This document shows, one piece after another, positions 29,774-39,319 of a stretch of DNA of 44,174 nucleotides. The stretch is from Deltaproteobacteria bacterium (lineage in GTDB: Bacteria; SAR324; NAC60-12). The number at the start of each line of letters is the position of its first letter. Within the stretch, counting starts at the first letter, position 1. Under the pieces are notes generated by a model, which was given only the letters and a program-made list of their open reading frames with translations, was not told the DNA's origin and made no database searches. The stretch spans positions 1-44,174 of the forward strand of contig JAYOTF010000029.1 in the NCBI GenBank assembly GCA_038150265.1, in the 5' to 3' direction. The position numbers and the translations under genes were made by a program.

Positions 29774-31192
29774 TTAGGGGAGGCTGGCAGCAAAACGCTG
29801 GACCTGGCGTTCGACATCCTCTTCAAAAATCCAGAAATCCGGAAGGTGCCCGGTGGGAGCAACAGGCTGAAGCCGGTGGTCGAGGTGCATGTAGTGACTG
29901 AAGGAAAGCAGGATTTTTGAGTTCCGGAGCTGATACATCGGCAGAATCGACCGGTTGGGAAACGGCCCGGTCTCAGACCCGAGGAAATAGGCCTGATTGA
30001 GCTGCCGGGCCAGCGCAACGAGGAACTGGCAGCCGTCACCACAGTGCCGGTTGGCGACCACAATCAGCCGCCGGTTCCAGGTGGGCGCATCCGGACTTCC
30101 CGAAAAGAGAAACTTGGTCTCCACCCACTTTGCAGGCAGATCGTTTTCCGCGTTTCGCCGGATCAGGGCCTGGAGCTGCTGCTGCTTCTGCTGCAAGGCC
30201 AGCCGGACCGACTGCGGGCTCCGGTCATTTTGCTGCTCCAGCCAGCTGATGCGGTTGACCAGCCCCTGCAGGGTCTCCGGAGACTGCCACTCGCGGACCA
30301 CCACATTTTGCCAGTCCGCCTGCGTCAACTCCCGCAGCCACTTCTCAATGAAGCCAAACGAGCCCGAGTGGTTGCCCCGGACGTCCAGAATGAGGGTTTT
30401 GCTGGACCGCAGCTCCTTGGCCAGCCGCCGAAAGTTGAACGTGGCCTGCTCATCCAGCGCCCCATCCCGGAACCAGCGGATGTAGTCGACACGTCCCTTT
30501 TGGTAGGTGTAGACGGGCACCTCCGGACCATTGCGCAGCATCGCAGGCAAGCTGAGCGGCAGCTCCAGGGTTTCCGGACGCCCCAGGTCGTCTTCCAGGG
30601 CACACTTCAGGGGAGGAGGGTTGTGTTGCGCCCGGACCCCCAGCATGAAGCGCTCCTCGCCTGCACGCTCCGGAGGCGTGGGAAAGAGCTCATGGCGGTT
30701 GCCTTCGCAACCGATGAGCCACTTGTTGGCCGCCTGCGGTACCGGACGGTTGGGCAGCACGCGGTGCCGTCCCTCTTGCAGCACCAGTGAGACGCCAGAC
30801 ACAAACGGCACCCGTGGCTCGACCTGAAACGCATAGTGCCGCTTCTGAACCGTCAGGTCCGTCTCGATCTGAATGTCCTCGGTGACCGCCAGCGCATCCG
30901 TGAACTGCTCCTGAAAGTGATGGGTCAGCACCGGATTGGGCTTCGAGGTCAGCTGCAGTTCCAGCCCCCGGAAGACCTGATCCCACTTCACACCACTTTG
31001 GGCCAGGACGGGGTAGCGGACGTAATTCTCCCGGAGCAGTTCCTGAGCCTGCTGCAGGTCCTCTTGCATCTGAGCCGCATTGAGAAACAGGGGGCCGTTC
31101 CCACTGAGGTCAAACGGCTCTGCCGCCGAGGACCGGTTCAGGGTGCCGAAGAGGCAGAAGGCGATGACGAGGAGGGTGTGTTTTGAAAGCAC
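29774..31192 (-). CDS. Exported S41-peptidase-like protein (catalytic Ser motif altered)
   Basis: Signal peptide; 'QMQEDL', 'TLILDVRGNHSG', 'RLIVVANRHCGDGCQ', 'FLGSETG', 'TGHLPD' follow the S41 family layout. Confidence 0.7.
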   Translation of the reverse strand: MLSKHTLLVIAFCLFGTLNRSSAAEPFDLSGNGPLFLNAAQMQEDLQQAQELLRENYVRYPVLAQSGVKWDQVFRGLELQLTSKPNPVLTHHFQEQFTDALAVTEDIQIETDLTVQKRHYAFQVEPRVPFVSGVSLVLQEGRHRVLPNRPVPQAANKWLIGCEGNRHELFPTPPERAGEERFMLGVRAQHNPPPLKCALEDDLGRPETLELPLSLPAMLRNGPEVPVYTYQKGRVDYIRWFRDGALDEQATFNFRRLAKELRSSKTLILDVRGNHSGSFGFIEKWLRELTQADWQNVVVREWQSPETLQGLVNRISWLEQQNDRSPQSVRLALQQKQQQLQALIRRNAENDLPAKWVETKFLFSGSPDAPTWNRRLIVVANRHCGDGCQFLVALARQLNQAYFLGSETGPFPNRSILPMYQLRNSKILLSFSHYMHLDHRLQPVAPTGHLPDFWIFEEDVERQVQRFAASLP

Positions 31193-31980
31193 CGGTATTC
31201 CTTAAAGAGTTCCAGCCAGTTTTCAAAGGTCAGGTTTTCCGGGCGTTGCTGTCCCACCCGCTCCTGCAGTCCTGGTTGCTGCCGCCACTCCGGAAAGGCG
31301 GACTGAATGTTGTTCCACAGGGTTTTGCGACGGGACTGAAACAGCCGGCGCGACCAGTTGAGGAAGGCGGCTTCTTCAGCAGGCTCCAGTCCAGACTCCC
31401 GTGGGATGAGGTGCAGGACCGCCGAGTCCACCTTGGGTGGAGGACGAAAGGCCGAGGGCGGCACCCGAAACGCCAGGGTCGCCTGAAACCCCAGGGCGCC
31501 CAGTAACGACAGCGGTCCATACGCCTTGCCGTCTTGCGGCGTGGCACAGAGTCGCTCGGCGACCTCCAGTTGCACCATCAGGGTGAGGGACTGCCAGCGT
31601 TGACGGTGCTGAAAGAGCCGTCCGAGCAAAGGCGTGGCGATGTTGTAGGGCAAGTTGGCCACCACCCGGGCCCCGGAGGGAACACGATCGACGATGTCCG
31701 CATCCGACCACTCCATGACATCTCCCTCGTGCAAAATGAGTTCCGACCGGTGGCCAAAACGGGCCCGGAGCAACGAACACGCCCGAGGATCCACTTCTGA
31801 AGCCACCACCCGGCACCCTGCCTCCAGCAGCATCGCCGTCAGAACGCCCTCGCCGGGGCCGATTTCCCAGACGGTCTCTCCTGCCTGCCCTCCGGAGGTG
31901 CGGACGATCTCCTCCACCACGTCTGGGCGAATGAGGAAGTGCTGGCCCCATTTTTTCTTGGCGTACAAGCGAGTCTTCAT
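31138..31980 (-). CDS. rsmA: 16S rRNA (adenine-N6)-dimethyltransferase RsmA/KsgA
   Basis: AKKKWGQHFL, EIGPGEG, VANLPYNI, LMVQLEVAERL, FRPPPKVDS, RRKTL. Confidence 0.96.
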   Translation of the reverse strand: MKTRLYAKKKWGQHFLIRPDVVEEIVRTSGGQAGETVWEIGPGEGVLTAMLLEAGCRVVASEVDPRACSLLRARFGHRSELILHEGDVMEWSDADIVDRVPSGARVVANLPYNIATPLLGRLFQHRQRWQSLTLMVQLEVAERLCATPQDGKAYGPLSLLGALGFQATLAFRVPPSAFRPPPKVDSAVLHLIPRESGLEPAEEAAFLNWSRRLFQSRRKTLWNNIQSAFPEWRQQPGLQERVGQQRPENLTFENWLELFKEYRCFQNTPSSSSPSASSAP

Positions 31981-32047
31981 CAACAAACCATGGGACAACA
32001 ATCAGGACCACCGCCGAGGGCATCCAACCAAAGGGGACTGCGCCTCA

Positions 32048-32076
32048 ATGGTAGGGAGGCCGCTGGGGGATCGCAA
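32048..32076 (-). promoter_or_regulatory. Putative sigma70 promoter of rsmA
   Basis: Minus strand TTGCGA-17 nt-TACCAT. Confidence 0.5.
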
Positions 32077-32225
32077 GCTTTCTGCATCGGCTTGTGGAAG
32101 CCGCAGGAGTCGGCTGGGAGCGTTGCTTCGATTTTCAACATCCCCCTGTGGATGTGTCGCATTCTTGGGCAGTTGTCAATTTTGCCAATCCCGGACCGCC
32201 TCAACAAAATCAATGATTTTAGTGA

Positions 32226-32642
<417 letters not shown>

Positions 32643-32657
32643 CGAAAAAGGGGGGCA

Positions 32658-34955
32658 ATGATGGCTCCCCTCCCCCGCGCCCTCCTCCCGGCGGAGCTGT
32701 TCGCCGAGATCAGCCAGATCATCACCTCCTCCCACGATGCGGACGAAACCCTCGGCCGCACCGCCCAGATGATTGCCGAGCAGATGCAAGTGGACGTCTG
32801 CTCCATCTACAGCTACGACGCCAACACCGCTGAGCTGCTCCTCACTGCCACCTTTGGGCTCAACCCTGAAACCGTGGGCAGCGTCCGGATGCACCGAGAG
32901 GAAGGGCTCGTCGGCCTCGTCGTCGAAGAAGGCCGGGCGATCCAGTTTGCCGAGATGCACACCCACCCACGCTTCAAGGCCTTCCCCCAGACCAACGAAG
33001 ACGCCTACCTGTCGTTCCTCGGCGTTCCCCTCATTGAGCATCGGCACCTGTTTGGGGTGCTGGTGCTGCACACGATTGAAGCCCGGGTCTTTCAGGATAC
33101 CGAAGTCCAGGTCCTCACCACCATCGCGGCGCAGATTTCCAGCCTGGTCTCCAAGGCGCTCCTCATTCAACGGCTCGACGAAAAGGCCCGGAGCGAGAGT
33201 GGGCTTCCGCTGGAAGACGTTTGCAGCCAGCGGCACAACGGAACCGCTGTTGCGCCCGGAGTGTCGGTCGGCAAGGCGGTGGTGCTGAAGCAACGGACGC
33301 TGGAGGAGCCCACGCATCGCAGCACCCGGATGGTGGCGGAAGAGGTGAAGTTCTTTCAAGATGCCCTTCAGCACGCCCTGCACGACACCCTGGAGCTGGC
33401 CGACAAGGTCGCCGGCTATGTCGGGCCTGAGGAAGCATCGATTTTCCACGCCCACCTGATGTTTTTGGAGGACCACACCTTTCAGGACAAAATTGAGCGC
33501 TACATTCAGAGCGGCGCCACGGCGGCCTGGTCCGTCTACCGAACGGTCGAGGAGTACCTCGCGGCATTTGATGCGCTGGCCGACCCGTACCTGCGGGAAA
33601 AGGGAGCAGACCTGAAGGATGTGGGTTACCGGTTACTCAACTACCTTGGGCACGAGATCCAGGAAGTCAGTGAGAAGCAGGGAATTTTGGTGGCCAAGCA
33701 GCTGCTTCCGGGTGACCTGGCCCGGCTGGATCCTCAGAAGGTGCAGGGCATTGTGACCAGCAGCGGTGGTGTGGTCTCGCATGCCGCCATCCTGGCGCGC
33801 TCGCTGCTGGTGCCCGCCATCTGCATTCCGGATGCCGACCTGGAGCGCATCCACGAAGGCGATCTGCTCGCCCTGGACGGACACTCCGGTTTTGTGGTCC
33901 GCAAGCCCAACCCGGAGGTGGTGGAAGAGTTCCAGCGCATGCTCGTCTTGCAGGAGCGTCACCGGGAACACCTGGCCAGCTTCCGCGACGTGCTCTGCCA
34001 GACGGAAGACGGAACGCGCATTGAGATTCTTGCCAACATTGCGCTCGAGAGCGACGCGTTTCAGCTCGAACAGTTTGGCGCAGAAGGCATTGGGCTCTAC
34101 CGAACGGAAATTTACTTTCTGTCCCTGAACCGCTACCCGGAGATTGCGGAACAGGCCGAGGTGTATGGAAAGATCATCCAGAATGTGAACCCTCAGCACC
34201 CCGTGATCTTCCGGACGCTGGACGTAGGGGCCGACAAGGCTGCGCCGTACATGGGCTTCCAGCCAGAAGAAAACCCGTTCCTTGGCTACCGGGCCCTGCG
34301 CCGGCAGCTCCGGCAGCCGGAGATGCTGAAGAACCAGATCAAGGCGCTGTTTCTCGCTGCTCGGGAGCACACCAACGTCCGGCTGATGTTCCCGATGATC
34401 ACGGAGCTGCAGGAGCTGCGGGACGCGAAGAAGTTGGTGCTGGAGTGCCGGGCCGAGCTGGAAGCCCAGGGCATTGATCCTCCGGAATTGCCGATTGGGA
34501 TGATGTTTGAGGTGCCGGCGGCCACCCTGGTTTCGGAACAGTTCCTGCCTGAAATCGACTTCTGCTCGGTGGGCAGCAACGACCTCACGCAGTATGTGCT
34601 GGCCGTCGACCGCAACAACCCGCACACCGCCTACCTCTACGATCCGGTCCACCCGGCGGTGCTGCGCCTGCTGGCCGACCTGATCCGGAACTGTGCGCAC
34701 TTCCAGACCCCCATTGAGCTTTGCGGCGAGATGGCATCGGATCCCGACGGCTGCATCCTGCTGGTCGGACTCGGCATGCGGCAGCTCAGCATGAATCCGC
34801 CTCTGATTCCGGTTGTCAAGGAGCGGCTGGCCCAGGTGTCCACGGAAAAGGCGCGGGTTCTTGCGCAGGAAGCCCTCCAGCTCAGCTCCGCCCGGGAAGT
34901 CCGGCACCTGCTGGCTGAAGCCATGGGCCCCACCTCGGTGCCTCTGCGCGTATGA
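32658..34955 (+). CDS. ptsP: Phosphoenolpyruvate-protein phosphotransferase EI-Ntr (GAF + EI)
   Basis: N-terminal GAF domain, phospho-His motif SHAAILARS, GIGLYRTE, RTLDVGADK, EENPFLGYR, VGSNDLTQY, LCGEMASDP. Confidence 0.95.
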   Translation: MMAPLPRALLPAELFAEISQIITSSHDADETLGRTAQMIAEQMQVDVCSIYSYDANTAELLLTATFGLNPETVGSVRMHREEGLVGLVVEEGRAIQFAEMHTHPRFKAFPQTNEDAYLSFLGVPLIEHRHLFGVLVLHTIEARVFQDTEVQVLTTIAAQISSLVSKALLIQRLDEKARSESGLPLEDVCSQRHNGTAVAPGVSVGKAVVLKQRTLEEPTHRSTRMVAEEVKFFQDALQHALHDTLELADKVAGYVGPEEASIFHAHLMFLEDHTFQDKIERYIQSGATAAWSVYRTVEEYLAAFDALADPYLREKGADLKDVGYRLLNYLGHEIQEVSEKQGILVAKQLLPGDLARLDPQKVQGIVTSSGGVVSHAAILARSLLVPAICIPDADLERIHEGDLLALDGHSGFVVRKPNPEVVEEFQRMLVLQERHREHLASFRDVLCQTEDGTRIEILANIALESDAFQLEQFGAEGIGLYRTEIYFLSLNRYPEIAEQAEVYGKIIQNVNPQHPVIFRTLDVGADKAAPYMGFQPEENPFLGYRALRRQLRQPEMLKNQIKALFLAAREHTNVRLMFPMITELQELRDAKKLVLECRAELEAQGIDPPELPIGMMFEVPAATLVSEQFLPEIDFCSVGSNDLTQYVLAVDRNNPHTAYLYDPVHPAVLRLLADLIRNCAHFQTPIELCGEMASDPDGCILLVGLGMRQLSMNPPLIPVVKERLAQVSTEKARVLAQEALQLSSAREVRHLLAEAMGPTSVPLRV

Positions 34956-35989
34956 CCGCCCGTGTGTCCTTGCTGTACGGCAACCAGCAGCTGCTGATTG
35001 ATGAAACCCTGGCGCAGCTGATTCCACAAATCCTGGAAGACCGGGATCCGGAGTGGGTGCTGGAGCGCTTCAATGCGGAAGAGCTGATCAAGCCCGGAAT
35101 CGAAGCCGAGTCTCGTCTGGAAGCGTTTGCAAACAGCTGCGAATCGCCTTCGATGCTCGCAGATCGCAAGCTGATCCGCGTGGACAATGCGCAGGTGCTG
35201 AAGCAGCCCCGCAAGGAAGAAGCCACTCCTGCCGCCCAGCTCTTCCGGATGCTCCAGCGCTTGCTGGAGGCACTTCCGGAGCACCTGTTCCTGATCTTCA
35301 CCAGCTCCGCCACCCGGGAAGGCGACTTCAGCAAACCTCTCCTGAACCTCATCCGCAAGCACGGCAACCCCCAGAAATTTGTTGCTTACGACAACAACAA
35401 CCCCGTCCGCTGGACCCAGCAGCGCGCTGCCGCCAAGGGGCTTCAGTGCTCACAAGAGGCCGCACAGCTGTTGATCGACCTGGTGGGCAATGACCTCTCT
35501 GACCTTGATCAGGAGCTCGAAAAGCTGTCTCTGCTCGCGCCCGGCATGGCCCTGCACCCGGAGACGTTGCTGCAGCAGGTTGCAGGACACAAGCACCACT
35601 CGGTGTTCTTCATGACCGAATCGCTGGCCCAGCGGAACCTGAAGGCAGCACTGGAGACGCTTGGGCAACAGCTTGAGGAAAGCCCGCGTGAGCACGTCCG
35701 CTTGTACATGCTGGTTGTCCAGCAGGTCCGGAAGCTGCTGCTGATCCACCTGCTCAAGGCCCAAGGGGTGGCAGAAGGAGCCCTGCTGGGCAAGCTGGGC
35801 ATGCCGCCGTTTCTTGGCAAGCAGCTGGTTGCTCAGGCCCGGGGCTTTCGTCGAGAAGACCTGGAGCAGTGGCTGGGGCAACTGGCAGAAAACGACCTGC
35901 GGGTGAAGTTCAACGCCCACCTTGCTCCGGTTCTGCTCAAGGACTTCTTCCAGCAGGTATGCCGCCAACCATCCCGCCGCACCTCCTGA
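34952..35989 (+). CDS. holA: DNA polymerase III subunit delta
   Basis: 'SLLYGNQQLLI', 'SMLADRKLIRV', 'AAQLLIDLVGNDL..LDQELEKLSL', 'SVFFMTESL'; 345 aa. Confidence 0.85.
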   Translation: MTARVSLLYGNQQLLIDETLAQLIPQILEDRDPEWVLERFNAEELIKPGIEAESRLEAFANSCESPSMLADRKLIRVDNAQVLKQPRKEEATPAAQLFRMLQRLLEALPEHLFLIFTSSATREGDFSKPLLNLIRKHGNPQKFVAYDNNNPVRWTQQRAAAKGLQCSQEAAQLLIDLVGNDLSDLDQELEKLSLLAPGMALHPETLLQQVAGHKHHSVFFMTESLAQRNLKAALETLGQQLEESPREHVRLYMLVVQQVRKLLLIHLLKAQGVAEGALLGKLGMPPFLGKQLVAQARGFRREDLEQWLGQLAENDLRVKFNAHLAPVLLKDFFQQVCRQPSRRTS

Positions 35990-36004
35990 AACCAGAACCC
36001 CTTC

Positions 36005-36928
36005 ATGCCCGTTACCCTCCGTCCGTATCAGCCGGACGATGCTGCAGCGATGACCGACCTGTGGCTCCAGTGCCAGCTCACACGTCCCTGGAATGACCCC
36101 ACCCGCGACCTCATGCGCAAGCTTCAGGTCCAGCCCGAGCTGTTTCTGGTGGGGGTGGACGGAGCGCGGCTCGTGGGCTCGGTGATGGCAGGATTTGATG
36201 GACACCGAGGCTGGCTGAACTACCTTGCCGTGCATCCGGATGTTCAGAAGCAGGGCATTGGCCGCCTGCTGGTACAGGCTGCCGAAGAGAAGCTGCTGGC
36301 GCTCGGATGCCCGAAGGTGAACCTGCAGATTCGCTGCTCCAACGAAGCGGCTCAGGCGTTTTACCGGAAACTGGGGTACGCCGAGGATGCCGCCCTGAGT
36401 TTTGGAAAACGGCTGGAGTTTGACTCCGAGGCATCAGCGGCACAGGGAGGCACCGGAACGGGTGGGTGCGAGGTCCGGACGGTTGGAAAGCTCGGAGACC
36501 TCGGAGGGTTGCTGCACCTGCACAGCCGGCTTCTCGTGACCGAGTTGGGCGCCGACCCCACCCTTGAAGCCGAGCTGGCCCTGGAGCTGGGCCGATTTCT
36601 TCAGGCATCGCAGCCACGGGAACGCCTCTGGCTGGCTGAGAAGGAAGGGCAAGTCCGGGGCTCGCTGGGGCTGGTGCAGGTTGCTGAGGCGCAAGCGGCA
36701 CTCAAGTGGTGGGGCCTGCACCTGGACGAGCGCGGGAAGGGGCTGGGACGGCAATTGCTGGAAGCCGCCCTGCAGTTTGCCCAGCAATCCGGATTCCAGA
36801 CGGTACAGGCCGAACTGCCTCCCGCCGCAACCACTGCGGCTCGCCTGCTTCAGCATCAAGGATTCAAAGAAGTACCGGTAACCAGCCCAGGTTCTTCAGC
36901 AACTGGTTGGATGATTCAATGGGAATGA
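36005..36928 (+). CDS. Tandem GNAT acetyltransferase (YpeA-like N-domain plus second GNAT domain)
   Basis: 'RPWNDP..D..RKL', 'MAGFDGHRGWLNYLAVHPDVQKQGIG', 'CPKVNLQIR'; second acetyl-CoA loop 'ERGKGLGRQLL'. Confidence 0.88.
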   Translation: MPVTLRPYQPDDAAAMTDLWLQCQLTRPWNDPTRDLMRKLQVQPELFLVGVDGARLVGSVMAGFDGHRGWLNYLAVHPDVQKQGIGRLLVQAAEEKLLALGCPKVNLQIRCSNEAAQAFYRKLGYAEDAALSFGKRLEFDSEASAAQGGTGTGGCEVRTVGKLGDLGGLLHLHSRLLVTELGADPTLEAELALELGRFLQASQPRERLWLAEKEGQVRGSLGLVQVAEAQAALKWWGLHLDERGKGLGRQLLEAALQFAQQSGFQTVQAELPPAATTAARLLQHQGFKEVPVTSPGSSATGWMIQWE

Positions 36929-38013
36929 AAGCACTCCGTTTGTATGCCGGTCCTGCGGCACAGAGGCACCTGGAACACGAAGGAATCCGCCCGCAAGACA
37001 TTGCGCTCATTCCCGGAGCTGCCGGGGGCCCCAAGGGCCTCATTCTGGGACCACTGGACCGGTACCTGTTTGGGCGCTGGCTTCCGCAAAGCTCACAACC
37101 GGTGGACCTGGTTGGCGGCTCCATCGGAGCATGGCGCATGGCTGCAGCGGTTCGCCCAGATCCGGAGGCGGCCTTGCTGGAACTCGCTGATCGGTACATC
37201 CACCAGCACTACCCTCCGGAGCCGGGGCGCCGGATGCCGACTCCACGCTCGGTCAGCCAGAGCTTTCAGCAAACCCTGGCCGAGTTGTTTCCGGGGCCAC
37301 AAACCGACGCGTTGGCCCACCCGCGTTACCGCCTGCACTTTGTCACCTCCCGAGGACGGCACCTGTTGGCCAGGGAGACCCGGCCTCGAAGCGTGCTCGG
37401 ATTCCTCGGAGCGTATGCGACCAACGCCTTGTCCCGGACTGCTCTTGGAGCCTGGATGGAGCGGGTGCTGTTTTCAGTCAACGGAACGCCGCCACCCGTG
37501 GACCTGAGCGACTTCCCAACCCAGACTGTTGCGCTCACAGAGGCCAACTTCCTTCCGGCCCTGCTGGCGTCCTGCTCCATTCCCTTTGTGCTGGAAGCGG
37601 TTTCCGGAATTCCGGGGGCACCGGCTGGAGCGTATTGGGACGGCGGGGTGACCGATTACCACCTGCACTGGAACTATGCCTCGCTCCGGAGGGTTCCGGA
37701 GTCACCGCCGCTGGTGCTCTACCCGCACTTCCAGCAGGCTGTGATTCCGGGATGGATGGACAAGGCCTGGCGGTTGAGGCACCAGGCAACGTCGTTTCTG
37801 GAAAATGTGGTCGTGCTGGCCCCACGTCCGGAGTGGGTCGCCACCCTGCCCAACGGCAAGCTTCCGGACCGCAAGGATTTCAAACGCTATGGGGAGGATG
37901 TCTCGGGGCGCGTGAAGGCGTGGGGGCAAGCCATTGCCGAAAGCGAACGCTTGGCGGAAGAGTTTGAGGACCTGTGTTCCGGAAGAGCGCCTTTGACGTG
38001 CCACCCGCTTTAG
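36925..38013 (+). CDS. Patatin-like phospholipase family protein
   Basis: GAAGGPKG oxyanion loop, GGSIG nucleophile, ASCSIP and DGG motifs; ATG 36925 overlaps the GNAT stop (ATGA). Confidence 0.88.
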   Translation: MKALRLYAGPAAQRHLEHEGIRPQDIALIPGAAGGPKGLILGPLDRYLFGRWLPQSSQPVDLVGGSIGAWRMAAAVRPDPEAALLELADRYIHQHYPPEPGRRMPTPRSVSQSFQQTLAELFPGPQTDALAHPRYRLHFVTSRGRHLLARETRPRSVLGFLGAYATNALSRTALGAWMERVLFSVNGTPPPVDLSDFPTQTVALTEANFLPALLASCSIPFVLEAVSGIPGAPAGAYWDGGVTDYHLHWNYASLRRVPESPPLVLYPHFQQAVIPGWMDKAWRLRHQATSFLENVVVLAPRPEWVATLPNGKLPDRKDFKRYGEDVSGRVKAWGQAIAESERLAEEFEDLCSGRAPLTCHPL

Positions 38014-38047
38014 GCGCCTCCGGAGTTCCTCAGAGCCGACCCACGGC

Positions 38048-38587
38048 TCAGGAATCGTGGTCGAGCAGCTTCTCCAGCTGCGTGGTGATTTGAGGGTGAG
38101 TGGGACGCATGGAAGAGTCGAACCGGCCCACGGGACGTCCGTCCTGATCGACCAGAAACTTCTCAAAGTTCCAGCGCACCTCGCCCTGCTTGCCCGCGGG
38201 AGCGGCTTCCGTCAGGTACCGGTAAATGGGATGCTTGCTTCCGCCCCGAACACGTGTGGAAGCAAAAAGCGGGAAGGTCACCTGATACCCTTCACAGAAT
38301 TCCTTGATCTCCTCATTATCCTGATACTCCTGATTGAAATCGTTGCTGGGAAACGCCAACACCGTGAAGCCCTGGTCCTTGTACTGGCGGTAGAGCGCCT
38401 CCAGATCCTTGTACTGCGGGGTGTAGCCACACATGGACGCCGTATTGACGACCAGGGTGACCGTTCCTCGGTACGCGTCGAGCGCGAGTTCCTCTCCATC
38501 AATGTCTGGAGCCTTGAGGTCGTAAAGCGAAGGAGCGGCCCAAGCCGTTGAGGCCATGAGCAGGAGGCCCAAGCAGAGGTAGCGCAT
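38048..38587 (-). CDS. gpx: Exported glutathione peroxidase family protein (Cys type)
   Basis: Signal peptide, VVNTASMCGYTPQY (Cys = TGT), LAFPSNDF.QE, WNFEKFLVD. Confidence 0.93.
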   Translation of the reverse strand: MRYLCLGLLLMASTAWAAPSLYDLKAPDIDGEELALDAYRGTVTLVVNTASMCGYTPQYKDLEALYRQYKDQGFTVLAFPSNDFNQEYQDNEEIKEFCEGYQVTFPLFASTRVRGGSKHPIYRYLTEAAPAGKQGEVRWNFEKFLVDQDGRPVGRFDSSMRPTHPQITTQLEKLLDHDS

Positions 38588-38638
38588 GATGAATTTCCCG
38601 AATGAGGTGAATGCCGAAGACTGCAAACCGCCTTCCCG

Positions 38639-38655
38639 CTTCAGGTTCTGTGCCG
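38639..38655 (-). promoter_or_regulatory. Sigma54-like -24/-12 promoter (GA variant) of gpx
   Basis: Minus strand CGGCAC-AGAAC-CTGAAG, about 51 nt upstream of the gpx ATG. Confidence 0.45.
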
Positions 38656-38826
38656 CTTGCCAACGCTGCGATTTATTGGGAATCCGTAAGAAAGTTGGAA
38701 CGAAAGAGTGAAGGGTTTTCTAATTTCATCAGGAAAAGCTTAAAAAAAGAAAGAATTTTGTCATGATAACACCCAGAGGAAGGGAGCGTTCCCGGTAAAA
38801 GGGCGGATTCCGGGGCTCGGCGCTTC

Positions 38827-38843
38827 TGGCACGCTCTCTGAAG
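38827..38843 (+). promoter_or_regulatory. Sigma54-like -24/-12 promoter (GA variant) of queD-folE
   Basis: TGGCAC-GCTCT-CTGAAG, 35 nt upstream of the queD ATG. Confidence 0.55.
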
Positions 38844-38878
38844 CAGGGGGGAGGACATCTCAACACCTGAGGAGAGAA

Positions 38879-39319
38879 ATGACCTACACCTGCACCAAGC
38901 AGTACTACAACCTACCCTGCGCGCACCGGCAGCATAAGCACGAGGGGCACTGCTCCAAAATTCATGGCTACTCCCGGAGCTTCAAGTTCTACTTCGCCTG
39001 CAAAGAGCTGGACGCCAACGGGTTTGTGTTTGACTTTGGGGACCTGAAGGAGCTGAAGCAGCACCTGGATTACATGTGCGACCACACGTTGCTGATCAAT
39101 GAAGAAGACCCGCACCTGGACCTGTTCAAGGAGATGGACCGCAAGGGGCTGTGTCAGCTCCGGGTCGTGAAGCACTGCGGCGCCGAGGGCATGGCCCAGT
39201 ACTTCTTTGACTATGCCAACGACCTGGTTCGTCGTCAGTCCAGGGGGCGTGCCTGGGTGTACCGTGTGACCATGTGGGAGAACGACAAGAACTCCGCAAC
39301 CTATGAAGAGAACGTCTGA
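38879..39319 (+). CDS. queD: 6-carboxytetrahydropterin synthase / PTPS family
   Basis: 'CAHRQ...HCSKIHGY', 'FVFDFGDLK', 'DHTLL', 'GAEGMA', 'WENDKNSA'; GAGGAG RBS. Confidence 0.88.
   Translation: MTYTCTKQYYNLPCAHRQHKHEGHCSKIHGYSRSFKFYFACKELDANGFVFDFGDLKELKQHLDYMCDHTLLINEEDPHLDLFKEMDRKGLCQLRVVKHCGAEGMAQYFFDYANDLVRRQSRGRAWVYRVTMWENDKNSATYEENV

Noticed and set aside
38770..38878. preQ1 riboswitch before queD
   Set aside because: No matching stem-loop with an A-rich tail; the predicted UTR is only about 26 nt.
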